Part shown: positions 17,076 to 28,000 of the stretch, piece by piece
Layout: every line of letters starts with the position of its first letter
How positions within the stretch are numbered: position 1 is the first letter of the stretch
Source: an uncultured archaeon
GTDB taxonomy: Archaea > Iainarchaeota > Iainarchaeia > Iainarchaeales > Iainarchaeaceae
Assembly: GCA_964577555.1 (NCBI GenBank)
Contig: CAZNZM010000001.1
Coordinates: forward strand, 30,001-62,000
Direction of reading: 5' to 3'
DNA length: 32,000 nt
Notes under the pieces: generated by a model
The model's input: the letters and a program-made list of their open reading frames with translations, nothing else
Databases searched by the model: none
Told to the model about the DNA's origin: nothing
Position numbers and translations under genes: made by a program

Positions 17076-18032
17076 TCATTTAAATTGTATTGAATGGCTT
17101 GATTTGATTGAAGATATTATGCCTGAACCGAATGCCTTTCCTGAAGAGAAAAGCAGGTCAGCAAAGCTGAATTTCTTTTCGCCGTAATAAACAGGGTTTG
17201 GGTCTTCAAGCCCTGCAAGTTCACCCACCCTTTTAATGGAATGATTTTTCTGCACTAGTTCGTCAACGAGTTTGGCTGAAAATGCCTGTCTTCCGCTTAA
17301 TATTCTTCCGTCTGCAACCTTGTCAAAATCTATTTCATTCATTTTGCCTTTTCTGAAAGAAAGCACATCAGCCTTGAATTTTTCGTAGGTTTCGCTTAAT
17401 ATTTTTTGAATCATGGCTTTTTCCTTGTCGTCAGGGTCTTTAAATGGGCTCATGATGTCTTTGTAATTCCCTTCTTTGATTACATTGAATTTTACTCCGA
17501 TGTTTTCAAGCAGTTTTTGGAAGTTTGGAAAAATTGATATTACTCCTATGCTTCCTGTTATTGAATCCTCGTCAGCCATTATGTGGTTGGTTGCTGAAGC
17601 CACATAATAGCCTCCTGAAGCACCAATAGAGTTTATGTAAGAGTAAACAGGTTTTTTTGATTCTCTTATTTTGTAAACTATTTGTTTTGTTGCAACAACT
17701 TCCCCGCCGGGACTGTCAATATCAATGAGTATTGCCCCAATGGATGGGTCGTTGTTTGCTTTGTCTATCAAATCGCCTATTTCTTCTGCAGAAAGCCTTC
17801 CATCGTAATCATCCCTGCCACTGAATATTTCTCCATACAAAGGAATGACTGCTATATTATTGGGTTTCAAGCCCAGTTGTGGCAAACTAGAAAAGAGTAT
17901 AGAAATCAATAAAATGAAAAGTATGAAAAGCGCTGCAATGCCAACAATGCTGGCAACCAATATTTTCCAATTGAATTTTTTGTCACAGACCAAGTCTTGA
18001 TTGGCTTGTTGGATTTTGGTTTTTATTGCCAT
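17076..18032 (-). CDS. sppA: Signal peptide peptidase SppA (S49 family, 36K type)
   Basis: N-terminal TM segment, then DIDSPGGEVVA, SIGASGGYYVA and ITGSIGVI. The ATG at 18032 is preferred because the ORF-track start at 18065 is TTG. Confidence 0.9.
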   Translation of the reverse strand: MAIKTKIQQANQDLVCDKKFNWKILVASIVGIAALFILFILLISILFSSLPQLGLKPNNIAVIPLYGEIFSGRDDYDGRLSAEEIGDLIDKANNDPSIGAILIDIDSPGGEVVATKQIVYKIRESKKPVYSYINSIGASGGYYVASATNHIMADEDSITGSIGVISIFPNFQKLLENIGVKFNVIKEGNYKDIMSPFKDPDDKEKAMIQKILSETYEKFKADVLSFRKGKMNEIDFDKVADGRILSGRQAFSAKLVDELVQKNHSIKRVGELAGLEDPNPVYYGEKKFSFADLLFSSGKAFGSGIISSIKSSHSIQFK

Positions 18033-18140
18033 GATTATACTTCCCAAAAAAAACTTTTTAATCAATTATTAATCAAATTATTAAATTATTGACTCATAAT
18101 AGTTTATAATACATGCCAAAGAAATTTTTAATTGAGAAAC

Positions 18141-18650
18141 ATGATTGATTTTGTCAAATTGATTTTTTATGTTGCGCCAATGTATTTTGCAAACAGCACT
18201 GCAATGCTTTTTGGAGGCAAAACCCCGATAGATTTTGGGGTAAAATTTATTGATAAAAAACCTTTGTTCGGCAAAGGAAAAACAATAAAAGGAACTTTAA
18301 TTGGAATTGTTTGCGGCTCGTTCGCTGGACTGATTATTTCAATTTTTTATAAAAACGAAATTAGCATGTTGTTCACGAATTATTTTTTGTTTTCAATATT
18401 AACGTCCATTGGAGCCATTATCGGAGACATTATCGGGAGTTTTATTAAGAGAAGGCTTGGAATTGATTCTGGAAAAGAGGCGTTTATACTTGACCAACTT
18501 GATTTTATAATTGGCGGAATTGTATTTGGTTTGGCTGTCTATTCGCCGAGCGCTTTGGAAATTGCTTTTATTTGCGTAGCTACAATTATAATACACAAAG
18601 TTTCAAATTGGATAGCATACAAAGCCAATTTAAAAAAGGTGCCATGGTGA
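18141..18650 (+). CDS. carS: CDP-archaeol synthase CarS (DUF46)
   Basis: APMYFANSTAMLFGGKTPIDFGVKFIDKKPLFGKGKTIKG matches the PxYxANxxxxxxGGxxPxDxG...GxxKTxxG pattern of CarS. The protein is polytopic. ATG at 18141. Confidence 0.85.
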   Translation: MIDFVKLIFYVAPMYFANSTAMLFGGKTPIDFGVKFIDKKPLFGKGKTIKGTLIGIVCGSFAGLIISIFYKNEISMLFTNYFLFSILTSIGAIIGDIIGSFIKRRLGIDSGKEAFILDQLDFIIGGIVFGLAVYSPSALEIAFICVATIIIHKVSNWIAYKANLKKVPW

Positions 18651-19234
18651 CAGAAAAAAAAATGCGATGGGCTGTGAAAATAGATGAGCCAGAAACAAAA
18701 AAAGAAAAAGAATTCTCGGAATTTTTGGACAAATACACTAAAAATTATTTTTGGATTGAAAAAAGAGAGGCTTTTTTTATTCTAAAATTTTTTGCAATAT
18801 TTTTGATTTTGGAATTGGCTTTGCACATTATCGGTTTTGAACAGTTGCAAAACATGATTGCAAAAAGTCAAGCCAAAGTATTTAATCTCGTGTCTGAAGG
18901 AAATAATATTTTTCTTGATGCAGGAGTTTTTGAAATAAATCCTTCATGCACCGGGCTTGTAAGCGGAATAATATTGGCTGCAATAATTTTTTCTTTGAAG
19001 AAGCCTGATTTGCCAAAAAAAATTTTTATATTGATTTCTGGTTCTTTGGTTCTTTTCGTGATTAATTATTTCAGAGTATTGATTGTTATTTGGGCTGGAA
19101 TTGAATTTGGCATGCAGGCAGCTGAAGCTGTTCATGTAGTTTCCTGGTTTTCAACGACTTTTTTCGTTTTTGGGGCATGGTATTACTTCACAAAGCTTGT
19201 AAGCGGTGCAAAGAATTTTGACGATTTTATTTAA
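18644..19234 (+). CDS. Exosortase/archaeosortase-family protein (small form)
   Basis: 196 aa, polytopic. The ordered Cys/Arg/His signature is present: INPSCTGL, VINYFRVLIV and AVHVVSW. The ATG at 18644 overlaps the carS stop (ATGGTGA). An alternative ATG lies at 18662. Confidence 0.65.
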   Translation: MVTEKKMRWAVKIDEPETKKEKEFSEFLDKYTKNYFWIEKREAFFILKFFAIFLILELALHIIGFEQLQNMIAKSQAKVFNLVSEGNNIFLDAGVFEINPSCTGLVSGIILAAIIFSLKKPDLPKKIFILISGSLVLFVINYFRVLIVIWAGIEFGMQAAEAVHVVSWFSTTFFVFGAWYYFTKLVSGAKNFDDFI

Positions 19235-19260
19235 ACAACAAATAATCTGGATTAGTTGTT
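19234..19260. terminator. Hairpin between convergent archaeosortase-like gene and secD
   Basis: AACAAC (19234-19239) pairs with GTTGTT (19255-19260), and inner TAATC (19243-19247) pairs with GATTA (19250-19254). T runs follow. Confidence 0.35.
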
Positions 19261-19261
19261 T

Positions 19262-20893
19262 TTATTTTCTTGTTTTTAATATGTGTTCAGCCACTACTGA
19301 AAATGCTGGCCTGCTTATTAGTACTCCTACAAGAATTCCAAGCATTTCAGTAATGGCAAAGCCTGCTAATTTGCCAAAGCCTTGAGAAGAAAAAATTATT
19401 AATGGAAACAGAGCTGCTCCTGTTGTCATTGCAGCAGCTACTACTATGAAAAACGCTTTTTTTATCCTGTTGGTATAAGTTATTTCCGAGGTTGCTGTGC
19501 CTCCTTTGAGAAGCTCATCAAGTATGACTATTTGGTCGTTAAGCCCTGTTCCTACAGCGGCTATTATGCCTGTAACACTTGAAAGATCAAATCTCACTTT
19601 AATAAGAATGGCTACTCCAACAGTGATTATGACTTCGCTTATGCCAATAAATATTATTGGCAAGGCAAGGTATGGTTTTTTGTACCTTAAGAAAATTAAC
19701 AGTGCAACAGAGATAATCGCAACTATTCCTATTAAAAAACTGGTTTTCAAAAATTCTTGTCCTAAAGTCGGCGATATTGTTTCTTTTGAAATGCTTTCTA
19801 TTCCTATTGGCAATGAACCTGTTTCAAGTAAAATATTGAGTTCTTTGAGTTCTTTTTCTGCTCCTTCCGAGGTTTCCGAAAAGCCTCTTATGTAAATTTG
19901 TGCATTAATGCGGGCGTCTTTTACATTTTCTATATAAGGTTCAAACCCTGTTATTTCCGGAGTTAGAGCAATTATTTGTCGTGCTCCTAGCGCTGTCCAA
20001 ACCCATGGCACTTTGTCTTTTTCATCAACAGGTTCTACAATTTTGTAGCCGAATTCGGCTAATTTTTTCTTGATTTCTGGTGATATTGAAGGGTGAACCA
20101 CTGCTTTTTTCTTTTTTGTTGCAAGTTCTTTTATTTCCTCAATTTGGGAACCTGCAAATGTGTTTGAGTCAGGAATTATGAAATAAGGCACTCCAGAGTT
20201 TTGCAACAAAAGATCAACGCTTTGTTCTTTGGGGATGTTTTCTGAAGGATTGCCTTCTGCCATCAATGCCGAATCTGATGAAAAAACGCTTTGGGTAATT
20301 ATTATTATGCCATCAAAAGGCCTGTCAATGAAAAAGTAAGTGTCTTCACAATCATAAGTAGAACCTGAATTTGGGTCGTATCCTGTTGGAGTACATTTGT
20401 GGAAGATTTTTTTTGAAAAGTTTTCAGCGGCTTGTTGGCTAAGCGTAAAAGGCAATCTCCATTCGTATCCTCCTTGAACTTTTAAAAGCCCGTACCCTGT
20501 TGCAGGATCTTTTGATATTTGTTTTATATCGGAACCTGCAAAAAGTACGTTGCCGTCAAGCATTGCTTCGAACTTGGCTTGGGTTTTTAAAATGGATTCT
20601 ATTTCTGCAACATTCTTTGGATCTGTTTCGGCTATTTGCACTCCGACCAAATCAGGCCCAAGCGAATTTACTCTTGAATCCTTGAGGCCGAATTTATCAA
20701 CTCTGTTGGAAATAAGAGAGGTAACGCGAGCCATGTCGTCAGGTGAAACTTTTTCTTCAAGTTTTATCGTGAAATATGTTCCGCCTGTGAATTCTATTCC
20801 ATAATCTGGACCTTGAAAATTTATAAGGAAAAACGAAAAGAAAAGAGCTAATATAAAAAGTACTATTCTCCAATTTGAAATAAGCTGTTTCAT
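19262..20893 (-). CDS. secD: Protein-export membrane protein SecD
   Basis: 543 aa. N-terminal TM segment, a large periplasmic-type domain, a C-terminal 5-TM block, and GTGLNDQIVILD. It overlaps secF by 4 nt. Confidence 0.85.
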   Translation of the reverse strand: MKQLISNWRIVLFILALFFSFFLINFQGPDYGIEFTGGTYFTIKLEEKVSPDDMARVTSLISNRVDKFGLKDSRVNSLGPDLVGVQIAETDPKNVAEIESILKTQAKFEAMLDGNVLFAGSDIKQISKDPATGYGLLKVQGGYEWRLPFTLSQQAAENFSKKIFHKCTPTGYDPNSGSTYDCEDTYFFIDRPFDGIIIITQSVFSSDSALMAEGNPSENIPKEQSVDLLLQNSGVPYFIIPDSNTFAGSQIEEIKELATKKKKAVVHPSISPEIKKKLAEFGYKIVEPVDEKDKVPWVWTALGARQIIALTPEITGFEPYIENVKDARINAQIYIRGFSETSEGAEKELKELNILLETGSLPIGIESISKETISPTLGQEFLKTSFLIGIVAIISVALLIFLRYKKPYLALPIIFIGISEVIITVGVAILIKVRFDLSSVTGIIAAVGTGLNDQIVILDELLKGGTATSEITYTNRIKKAFFIVVAAAMTTGAALFPLIIFSSQGFGKLAGFAITEMLGILVGVLISRPAFSVVAEHILKTRK

Positions 20894-21969
20894 GCTTTTT
20901 GCTCCTCCTTTTCAGCATGGGAAAGTATTAGTGGTGCGTTGAACATTGTGCTGGAAATTACATCTGCAACAAGGCCGAAGAACAAGACAACAGAAATTTC
21001 GAAGATTACTCCTATTTGGGAAAAATATGCAAGCAAAGCCATTATACCTGTTGCTGTTAACGCTGTCGAACTCATTGTAAGAATTGTCAGCAAAGATTCG
21101 TTCATTCTTTGTTTTGGGCTTTCTTCTTTTCTTTTTAATACTCTTGAACTCATTACAATTTCTGTGTCAACGCTGTAACCTATGAGCATGAGCAATGCTG
21201 GAATTGTTGTAAGGGAAACAGGAATTGAAAGCACGGCCATGAATGCCAAAGCGCCTATTATGTTAAACATTGAAGCACCTATGACAGTCATGGATGTCAA
21301 GAGCTCCCTGAAATAAATGAAAACAACCAATGACAACAAAATTATTCCAAGCAACATTACAAGCAAGCCAGTGCTATAAAATGTTTGGCTGAGCGTGGGA
21401 CCTATTACTGTTTTTTGCATTTTTATGTCTTTGTCAAGCCCGTAAGTTTCGGAAATTAGTTTTTGCATTTTGATTTCAAATTGTTCTTCGGCTTTTATTA
21501 AAGCTTCTTCTGCGGCAGCTATTGTTTCTTGTGGCGATTGATTCGGGTTTAATTGGAAGGGAGCGAATTTTGAGAATTCTGCAATTGACTGTTCGGCCAA
21601 CAAAACCGCGTTGGTTGGATTTGAATCCAAAGAATTTTTTGCTTGTGTTAAAAGCGAATTGGCTTTTGCAAGGTCTTGGTTTTCAGAGAATTGAATGTAA
21701 AGCCCGTAACCTGTAGGAGAAGAAATGGAACCGACCTGCAAGTCTGTCAAATTGAATTCTGATTTGAGTTTTGGCAACAACAACTTTGCATCAAGCGGCT
21801 TTTCTGCTCTTATTACGATATTGGTTCCTCCTTTAAGGTCTATTCCTTGTTTTATGCCTGGAAAAACGATTATTGCAAATAAAAACAAAAAAAATAGGGT
21901 TGTTGGCAATAGCATATACCTTTTATAGTTCCCTGAATAGAAATTGTTCAAGTCAAATAATTTAGCCAT
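20890..21969 (-). CDS. secF: Protein-export membrane protein SecF
   Basis: 359 aa. The C-terminal TM block contains IGYSVDTEIV, similar to the bacterial SecF GYSxNDxIV. The secF-then-secD order matches archaea. Confidence 0.8.
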   Translation of the reverse strand: MAKLFDLNNFYSGNYKRYMLLPTTLFFLFLFAIIVFPGIKQGIDLKGGTNIVIRAEKPLDAKLLLPKLKSEFNLTDLQVGSISSPTGYGLYIQFSENQDLAKANSLLTQAKNSLDSNPTNAVLLAEQSIAEFSKFAPFQLNPNQSPQETIAAAEEALIKAEEQFEIKMQKLISETYGLDKDIKMQKTVIGPTLSQTFYSTGLLVMLLGIILLSLVVFIYFRELLTSMTVIGASMFNIIGALAFMAVLSIPVSLTTIPALLMLIGYSVDTEIVMSSRVLKRKEESPKQRMNESLLTILTMSSTALTATGIMALLAYFSQIGVIFEISVVLFFGLVADVISSTMFNAPLILSHAEKEEQKA

Positions 21970-21994
21970 AATATCCCTTAATGGTGTTATACAG

Positions 21995-23020
21995 ATGAAA
22001 AAGAGTGGAAAACATTTAAATAAAGGTAAGGAAAACTTTGAAACTTATTTTCCTACAACAACCGAATTGATTAGTTCGGCTTATGCGGCTGCAAGAAAAG
22101 AGTTTGCCTCAAAAAGAAGAGGCAAGGTTCTTGACAGGAAAAAATCTCTTTATGCACTCAAATCAAAAGTTTTTGCTGAGACGTTAGCTAAAAAAATAAA
22201 TGCAATGTCAAAACAATTCCCTGAAATCGACAAATTGAACCCTTTTTATATTGATTTGCTTGGCTTGGTTGTGGATGTCCAAGGATTGAAACAGAAGCTT
22301 TCAATGCTCAAAACATCATCAGATATTATAAGAAAAATAAGGTTGGAAGGTGTTTCACGTCAATATGCTGCAAAAAGCGAATATGAGCTTAGGAAAGCAC
22401 AAATTGAAATGGAGGGCAGAATTTGTTCAGTCGTGAAAAGACTTGAAAAGACAATAATTGATTTGAAAATTTATTCAAAAAAAATAATTGAAATGCCTTT
22501 AATTGACTTTGATGCCAAAACAATTGTTTTGGCTGGCAGTCCTAACGTTGGAAAAAGCACTTTATTGAAAAGGCTTACAGGTGCAAAACCTGAAATCGCG
22601 CCTTATCAATTCACGACCAAAGCTATAAACCTTGGTTATTACGAGCACGATTACGAAAAAATACAAGTATTAGACACGCCTGGCTTGCTTGAAAGGGAAA
22701 ACCACAATAACATTGAGAAAAAAGCAATTGTTGCACTGAATCATCTTGCACAAATAATTGTTTTTGTGGCTGATCCTACCGAAACCTGCGGAACAAAAAT
22801 AATAGGACAGTTGAAACTTTTTGAAAAAATTTCCTCGGAATTCTGCGGAAGAAAATTTATTGTAGTGCTGAATAAATGTGACATTGCAACTGAAAAGCAA
22901 ATTTGGGTTGCAAAAAAAGGCTTTGGCATAGTGGAAATAATTGAAGACGGGGAAGGCTTTAATGGAATTGAAAAGCTCAAAAAAGCGATTGGAAATGCTT
23001 TCAACGAGACAACAAGCTAG
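21995..23020 (+). CDS. Nog1-family GTP-binding protein
   Basis: G1 GSPNVGKST, G2 region YQFTT, G3 DTPG, G4 NKCD, and an N-terminal NOG1-like helical region. The ATG at 21995 avoids overlap with secF. Confidence 0.85.
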   Translation: MKKSGKHLNKGKENFETYFPTTTELISSAYAAARKEFASKRRGKVLDRKKSLYALKSKVFAETLAKKINAMSKQFPEIDKLNPFYIDLLGLVVDVQGLKQKLSMLKTSSDIIRKIRLEGVSRQYAAKSEYELRKAQIEMEGRICSVVKRLEKTIIDLKIYSKKIIEMPLIDFDAKTIVLAGSPNVGKSTLLKRLTGAKPEIAPYQFTTKAINLGYYEHDYEKIQVLDTPGLLERENHNNIEKKAIVALNHLAQIIVFVADPTETCGTKIIGQLKLFEKISSEFCGRKFIVVLNKCDIATEKQIWVAKKGFGIVEIIEDGEGFNGIEKLKKAIGNAFNETTS

Positions 23021-23120
23021 AAAAAGTGAGGTACAAAATCCAAACAAAAAAAACGTAAAAAAAACGGGTTTTTTTGAACGGGATTTTTTGTTAAAACGTT
23101 TAAAGACTGGATTAGTTCTA

Positions 23121-23130
23121 TTTATATAAT
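23121..23130 (+). promoter_or_regulatory. TATA-box-like element for the UPF0147-dp1-dp2 unit
   Basis: TTTATATAAT lies about 80 nt upstream of the ATG at 23210. It follows an A8-CGGG-T7 hairpin/T-tract at about 23064-23082 that could terminate the Nog1 gene. Confidence 0.35.
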
Positions 23131-23209
23131 TTGTGAGCCAATATTCATTTTAAGCAACTTGAAATAGTTGCGGTTTTATGGCGGAATAACTGATTATGGA
23201 GGGGTATTT

Positions 23210-23494
23210 ATGGCTTCAAAAATCGAAAACAAGTTGAAAGAGCAAATTGAAACTACGCAAGCTAAAATGGAAGAGATAATGGAAGATACCGCCGTGCCAA
23301 GGAATATTAGAAAGGCTATTGAGGAAGCCATGCAAAAGATTTCATGTGATGGTAATCTTGATGTCAATATTAGTACTGCAATATATTTGATGCAGGATAT
23401 TAGCAATGATATTAACATGCCCGCGCACACCAGAACCGAGATTTGGCAAATAATTTCGGAGCTTGAAGCAATCAGGGAAAAGTGCAAGGGATAG
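23210..23494 (+). CDS. UPF0147-family small helical protein
   Basis: 94 aa from the ATG at 23210, preceded by GGAGGGG. TAVPRNIRKAIEEA and SNDINMPAHTRTEIWQIISELE match the archaeal UPF0147 signature (SVPRNIRR...DPNMPxHxRTxIW). Confidence 0.75.
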   Translation: MASKIENKLKEQIETTQAKMEEIMEDTAVPRNIRKAIEEAMQKISCDGNLDVNISTAIYLMQDISNDINMPAHTRTEIWQIISELEAIREKCKG

Positions 23495-23495
23495 C

Positions 23496-25007
23496 GTGGA
23501 AACAGCAATACAAACAGACAGGAAAACTCTTATTCGGGAAAAATGTTCAGCCCTCGGCAAAATAATTGAAATGGAGGCTGTTGAATTACTTTCAAAGGAA
23601 GAACATTGGGAAAAAATTCTTGAAAAGGACGATTCAAAGTTTATTACTGCAGAAAAAATCAAAGAACTTTTGATAAAGCACGAATCGAAAGTAAGCATGG
23701 CGGCTCAAGAAGTCATGGTTATTAAAAGCGGGATCAAAAGGCTTGCCCAAGAACATTCTGCAAATTTCAAAATACTTGATGACTGGGAAGCAACGCATCA
23801 AAGTTCAAGCGAGGGAAAAGTGAAAGATTTTCTCGCTTATTTCAGGGACAAATATGATTTTTTGAGTTCTTTGTTGAAAAACAGAACGGGTTTTTCTCCA
23901 AAATCGATTAACAAAATCAAGGAATTGCAAAGAAACGAGGAAGTTGACATAGTTGGCATGGTTGTAAAAAAGTGGATTAGCAAAAATGGAAATCTTACAA
24001 TAGAACTTGACAGCCCGGAAGGCAGGTGCATCGCAATTGTTTCAAAAGACGATGTTTTGCAAAACAACGAAGCAAAAAAAATACTTTTAGACGATGTGAT
24101 TGGAATTAAAGGAAAAAAATTTTCCGACGAAGTTTTAATTGTCAAGTCTTTTGTTTGGCCAGACATTAAACATAAGCCAATTAAAATGGCTGATATTGAT
24201 TTGTCTATATGCGTTATTAGCGATATTCATGTAGGCAGCAAACTTTTTATGCAAAAAGAGTTTTCAAAGTTTGTGGGTTGGATAAGCGGGGACATTATTT
24301 CTGAAAAAGAAGCCATGAGGGCTGGAAAAATAAAGTATTTGATGATTGCAGGAGACAATGTTGATGGAGTAGGAATTTATCCTGACCAATACGACGAACT
24401 TGAGATAAAGGATATTTATGAACAATACAAAAGATTTGCTGAAATAATACAAAGCATACCTGAACACATAGAAATTTTTATATGTCCTGGACAGCACGAT
24501 GCTACCAGAAGGGCGGATCCGCAACCGCCAATATACAAGGAGTATGTTCAAGACCTTTTAAAGCTTGGCAATGTTCATTTAATCGGAAGCCCGAGCTGGG
24601 TGGAAATCGAAGGTTTGAAATGTGTTGTTTATCATGGAGGTTCATTTCATGATATGTATGCTTCAATGGGAAATTTGAATAATACTGAACCTGAAAAAGC
24701 CATGATTGAAATTTTGAGGAGAAGGGATTTTTCAACAGGTTTTGGGTTGAACCAGCCGTACGTGCCTATGCAAAAAGATTTGATGGTAATAAGAGATGAA
24801 CCGGATTTTTACTTTGGCGGAGACATGCATCATAAAGGATATATAAATTACAGGGGCTGTACCTGTATAAATGCGGGTTGTTGGCAAAGCAGGACAGAGT
24901 TTCAAATAAAAGAAGGCCACATTCCAACCCCAGGAATTGCAATTGACATAAATTTGAAAACTAGAAGAATTACTGAAAACAATTTTTTGGGTGGTCCAAA
25001 TGTCTGA
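23496..25007 (+). CDS. dp1: DNA polymerase II (PolD) small subunit DP1
   Basis: OB-fold region, then calcineurin-like phosphoesterase motifs VISDIHVGS, IAGDNVDGVG, PGQHD and GGDMHH. The start is either GTG 23496 (1 nt after the UPF0147 stop) or ATG 23463 (overlapping it). Confidence 0.9.
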   Translation: METAIQTDRKTLIREKCSALGKIIEMEAVELLSKEEHWEKILEKDDSKFITAEKIKELLIKHESKVSMAAQEVMVIKSGIKRLAQEHSANFKILDDWEATHQSSSEGKVKDFLAYFRDKYDFLSSLLKNRTGFSPKSINKIKELQRNEEVDIVGMVVKKWISKNGNLTIELDSPEGRCIAIVSKDDVLQNNEAKKILLDDVIGIKGKKFSDEVLIVKSFVWPDIKHKPIKMADIDLSICVISDIHVGSKLFMQKEFSKFVGWISGDIISEKEAMRAGKIKYLMIAGDNVDGVGIYPDQYDELEIKDIYEQYKRFAEIIQSIPEHIEIFICPGQHDATRRADPQPPIYKEYVQDLLKLGNVHLIGSPSWVEIEGLKCVVYHGGSFHDMYASMGNLNNTEPEKAMIEILRRRDFSTGFGLNQPYVPMQKDLMVIRDEPDFYFGGDMHHKGYINYRGCTCINAGCWQSRTEFQIKEGHIPTPGIAIDINLKTRRITENNFLGGPNV

Positions 25008-28000
25008 AGCTTTGGAAAAGCAGGTAAACAATTATTTTTCCCGCATTTCCAAGAGGGCAATGGAGCAATTTTCAATTGCCAAATCAGCCAGAGAAAGGGG
25101 CAAGGATGTTTCACTTGAAGTTGAATGTCCTCCAACAGTTGACCTTGCAGACAGGACTGAAAATATTATTGGGCCCCCTGGAATTGCAAAAAGATACAGG
25201 GAACTTTTTTCAGAGCATAACAAAGACAGAAACGCCACTATTTTTCAGCTCTTCAAGGAAATCATAGAAGGAAAACTTGGTGAAATACCTGACCCTGAAA
25301 AGAGGCTTGAACAAGCGGTTAGAACATCTCTGGTGCTTGTTACCGAAGGAGTTGTTGTTGCACCGCTTGATGGCGTGCCAAAAGTAAAAATAAGCACCAA
25401 CCCTGATGGCTCAAAGTATGTTGATATTTACTTTGCAGGCCCTATAAGAGCGGCAGGCGGCACTGCCACGGTTTTCCCGTTGATACTTGGGGATTATGCG
25501 AGGCAACTCATGCAACTTGACAGATACAAGCCAATAGATGACGAAGTTGAAAGGTATGTTGAAGAAATCAATATTTACGACGAAATAATCACGCGGCAAT
25601 ACAAGTTGAAAGATGATGAAATAAGAAAAATAATAAGAGGTTGTCCTGTCTGCGTGAATGGCGAACCAACCGAAGACAGAGAAGTTGTTGCACATCGCGA
25701 TTTGCAAAGAATACCTTCAAATAGAATCAGAGGCGGAATGTGCCTTGTTATTTCAGAAGGAATTGGATTAAAAGCAATGAAAATAATGAAGCTTGCAAAA
25801 ATGCTTGGATTGAATTGGAATTGGCTTGAATCAATCGCAAAAATAAGCAAAAGCGGTGGAAGTGAAAGCGAAATAAAACCAAATTATTCTTATCTTTCAA
25901 GAATCGCGGCAGGCCGGCCAATATTTTCATACCCTTCAAGGCTTGGCGGTTTTAGGTTGAGGTATGGCAGAGCCAGAAATACTTGTGTAATGGCAAAAGG
26001 AATACACCCTGCAACAATGGTGTTGCTTGATGGTTTTATTGCTGTTGGAACCCAAATAAAAATAGAAAGACCTGGAAAAAGTGCGGAAATGTTTCCTGTT
26101 GATTCAATTGACGGCCCAATAGTCAAGTTATTCTCCGGCGAAGTGAAAAAAATAAATAATGCAAATGAAGCAGAGCAAATAAAGGAAAAAGTAAAAGAAA
26201 TACTTTTTCTAGGAGACATGCTTGTGAATGTAGGCGATTTCAGAAAAACTGCACACCCGCTAATGCCGGCTGGCTACTGCCACGAATGGTGGGGCCTTGA
26301 AGTGGAAAAAGCGGTTTTTGAAAAAAAAAGCGATGAAAAATGGCTTGAAACAGCAAAAAACTCCAACAATGTAAGCGAAGAAATTGCATTAAAAGCATGT
26401 GAAGAACTTGGGGTTCCATTGCACCCTGAATACATTCATTATTATTCTGCCCTTTCAATTGAAGAAGCTTGCGAAATAGTAATAGCGGTAAGAAGCGGGA
26501 GCAAAATTGAAAGCAACGGAAAAATAAACGCACTTGAAATTCAAAACTTGCCTAAAATCAAGGAAGCACTTGAAAAAGCAGGAATACCTCATAAAGTCGC
26601 AGGAGAAAAAATAATTATAAGCAATAGCGCGCATTCCTTTTTCAAGACTTTTGGAGGCGAAAATTCAAAAGAGCCTGACAAATCATTGAACGTACTTGAA
26701 TTGCTTTCAAACCTTTCAGGAATGAAAATCCGGGACAAAGCTGGAACATTTATAGGCTGCAGAATGGGAAGGCCTGAAGCATCAAGGCCGAGAAAAATGG
26801 TTGGAGACCCAATGGTGCTTTTTCCAATAGGTATTGCAGGAGGAAACACAAGGTCAATAAACAAAGCTGCTGAAACCCAAGGAATAATAGAAGCCGAAAT
26901 AGCTTATTTTATTGATCCTGAAACAGGCAAGATTGAAGAGCAACCATTTTCGCTTACAACCGGAAAAAGGCTTGAGTTAATGAGAAAATGCAAAAAATGC
27001 AACAAATTTTCAAAAATGGAAAAGTGCCCCAATTGCAAATCGGAAACAGAAGCTTTTAATGCAAGAAAATTCAACATTGCCGAACTCGTCAGGCAAGCCT
27101 CATCAAAGTTGAATGTGCCAACACCTCAATTAATAAAAGGTGTTAAAGGGCTTATAAACGCGGAAAAAATTCCAGAGCCTATAGAAAAGGGAATTTTGAG
27201 GGCAAGGCAAAACTTGCACATATTTAGAGATGGAACAATCAGATTTGAAATGCTCAACGCACCACTCACGCATTTTAAGCCTTCAGAAATAGGTCTTTCT
27301 GTTGAAAAAGCCAAAGAATTGGGTTACTTGTTTGATAAAAACGGCAAGGAACTCGTATCTGAAAACCAAATATGCGAATTGTTTCCACAAGACATAATAG
27401 TAAATGAAACTGCCGGAGACTTTTTTGTAAGAGTGTCAAAATTTCTGGACGAAGAACTTGAAAAATTTTATGGATTGCCAAAATACTTTAATTATGATTC
27501 AAAAAACCAGTTGATTGGAGAATTATTTCTTGGTCTTGCACCGCATACATCCGCCGGAGTGCTTTGCAGATTGATAGGTTACTCCAAGGCAAAACTGAAT
27601 TTTGCCCACCCGTATTTTCATCTTGCAAAAAGAAGAAATGCCGACGGAGACCAGGATTCTGTCATGATGTTGATGGATGCCTTATTGAATTTCTCAAAAA
27701 ACTATTTGCCTTCCACAAGAGGAGGCAGAATGGACGCCCCACTTGTCTTCACAGTCAACATAAATCCTTTGGAAATAGATGACGAAGCATACGAAGTTGA
27801 AGTATGCTCCAAATACCCTTTAGAATTATATGAAAAAAGCCTTATTCATGCTGATCCAAAAATAGATTCCATACCTATTGTTGGCGACAGAATAGGAAAA
27901 CCTGAACAATTTTATGGATTGGAGTATACGCACGAAACCTCAATATTTGATGCCGGACCAAAAGCATCAACATATGTAACATTCAAATCAATGGAAGAAA

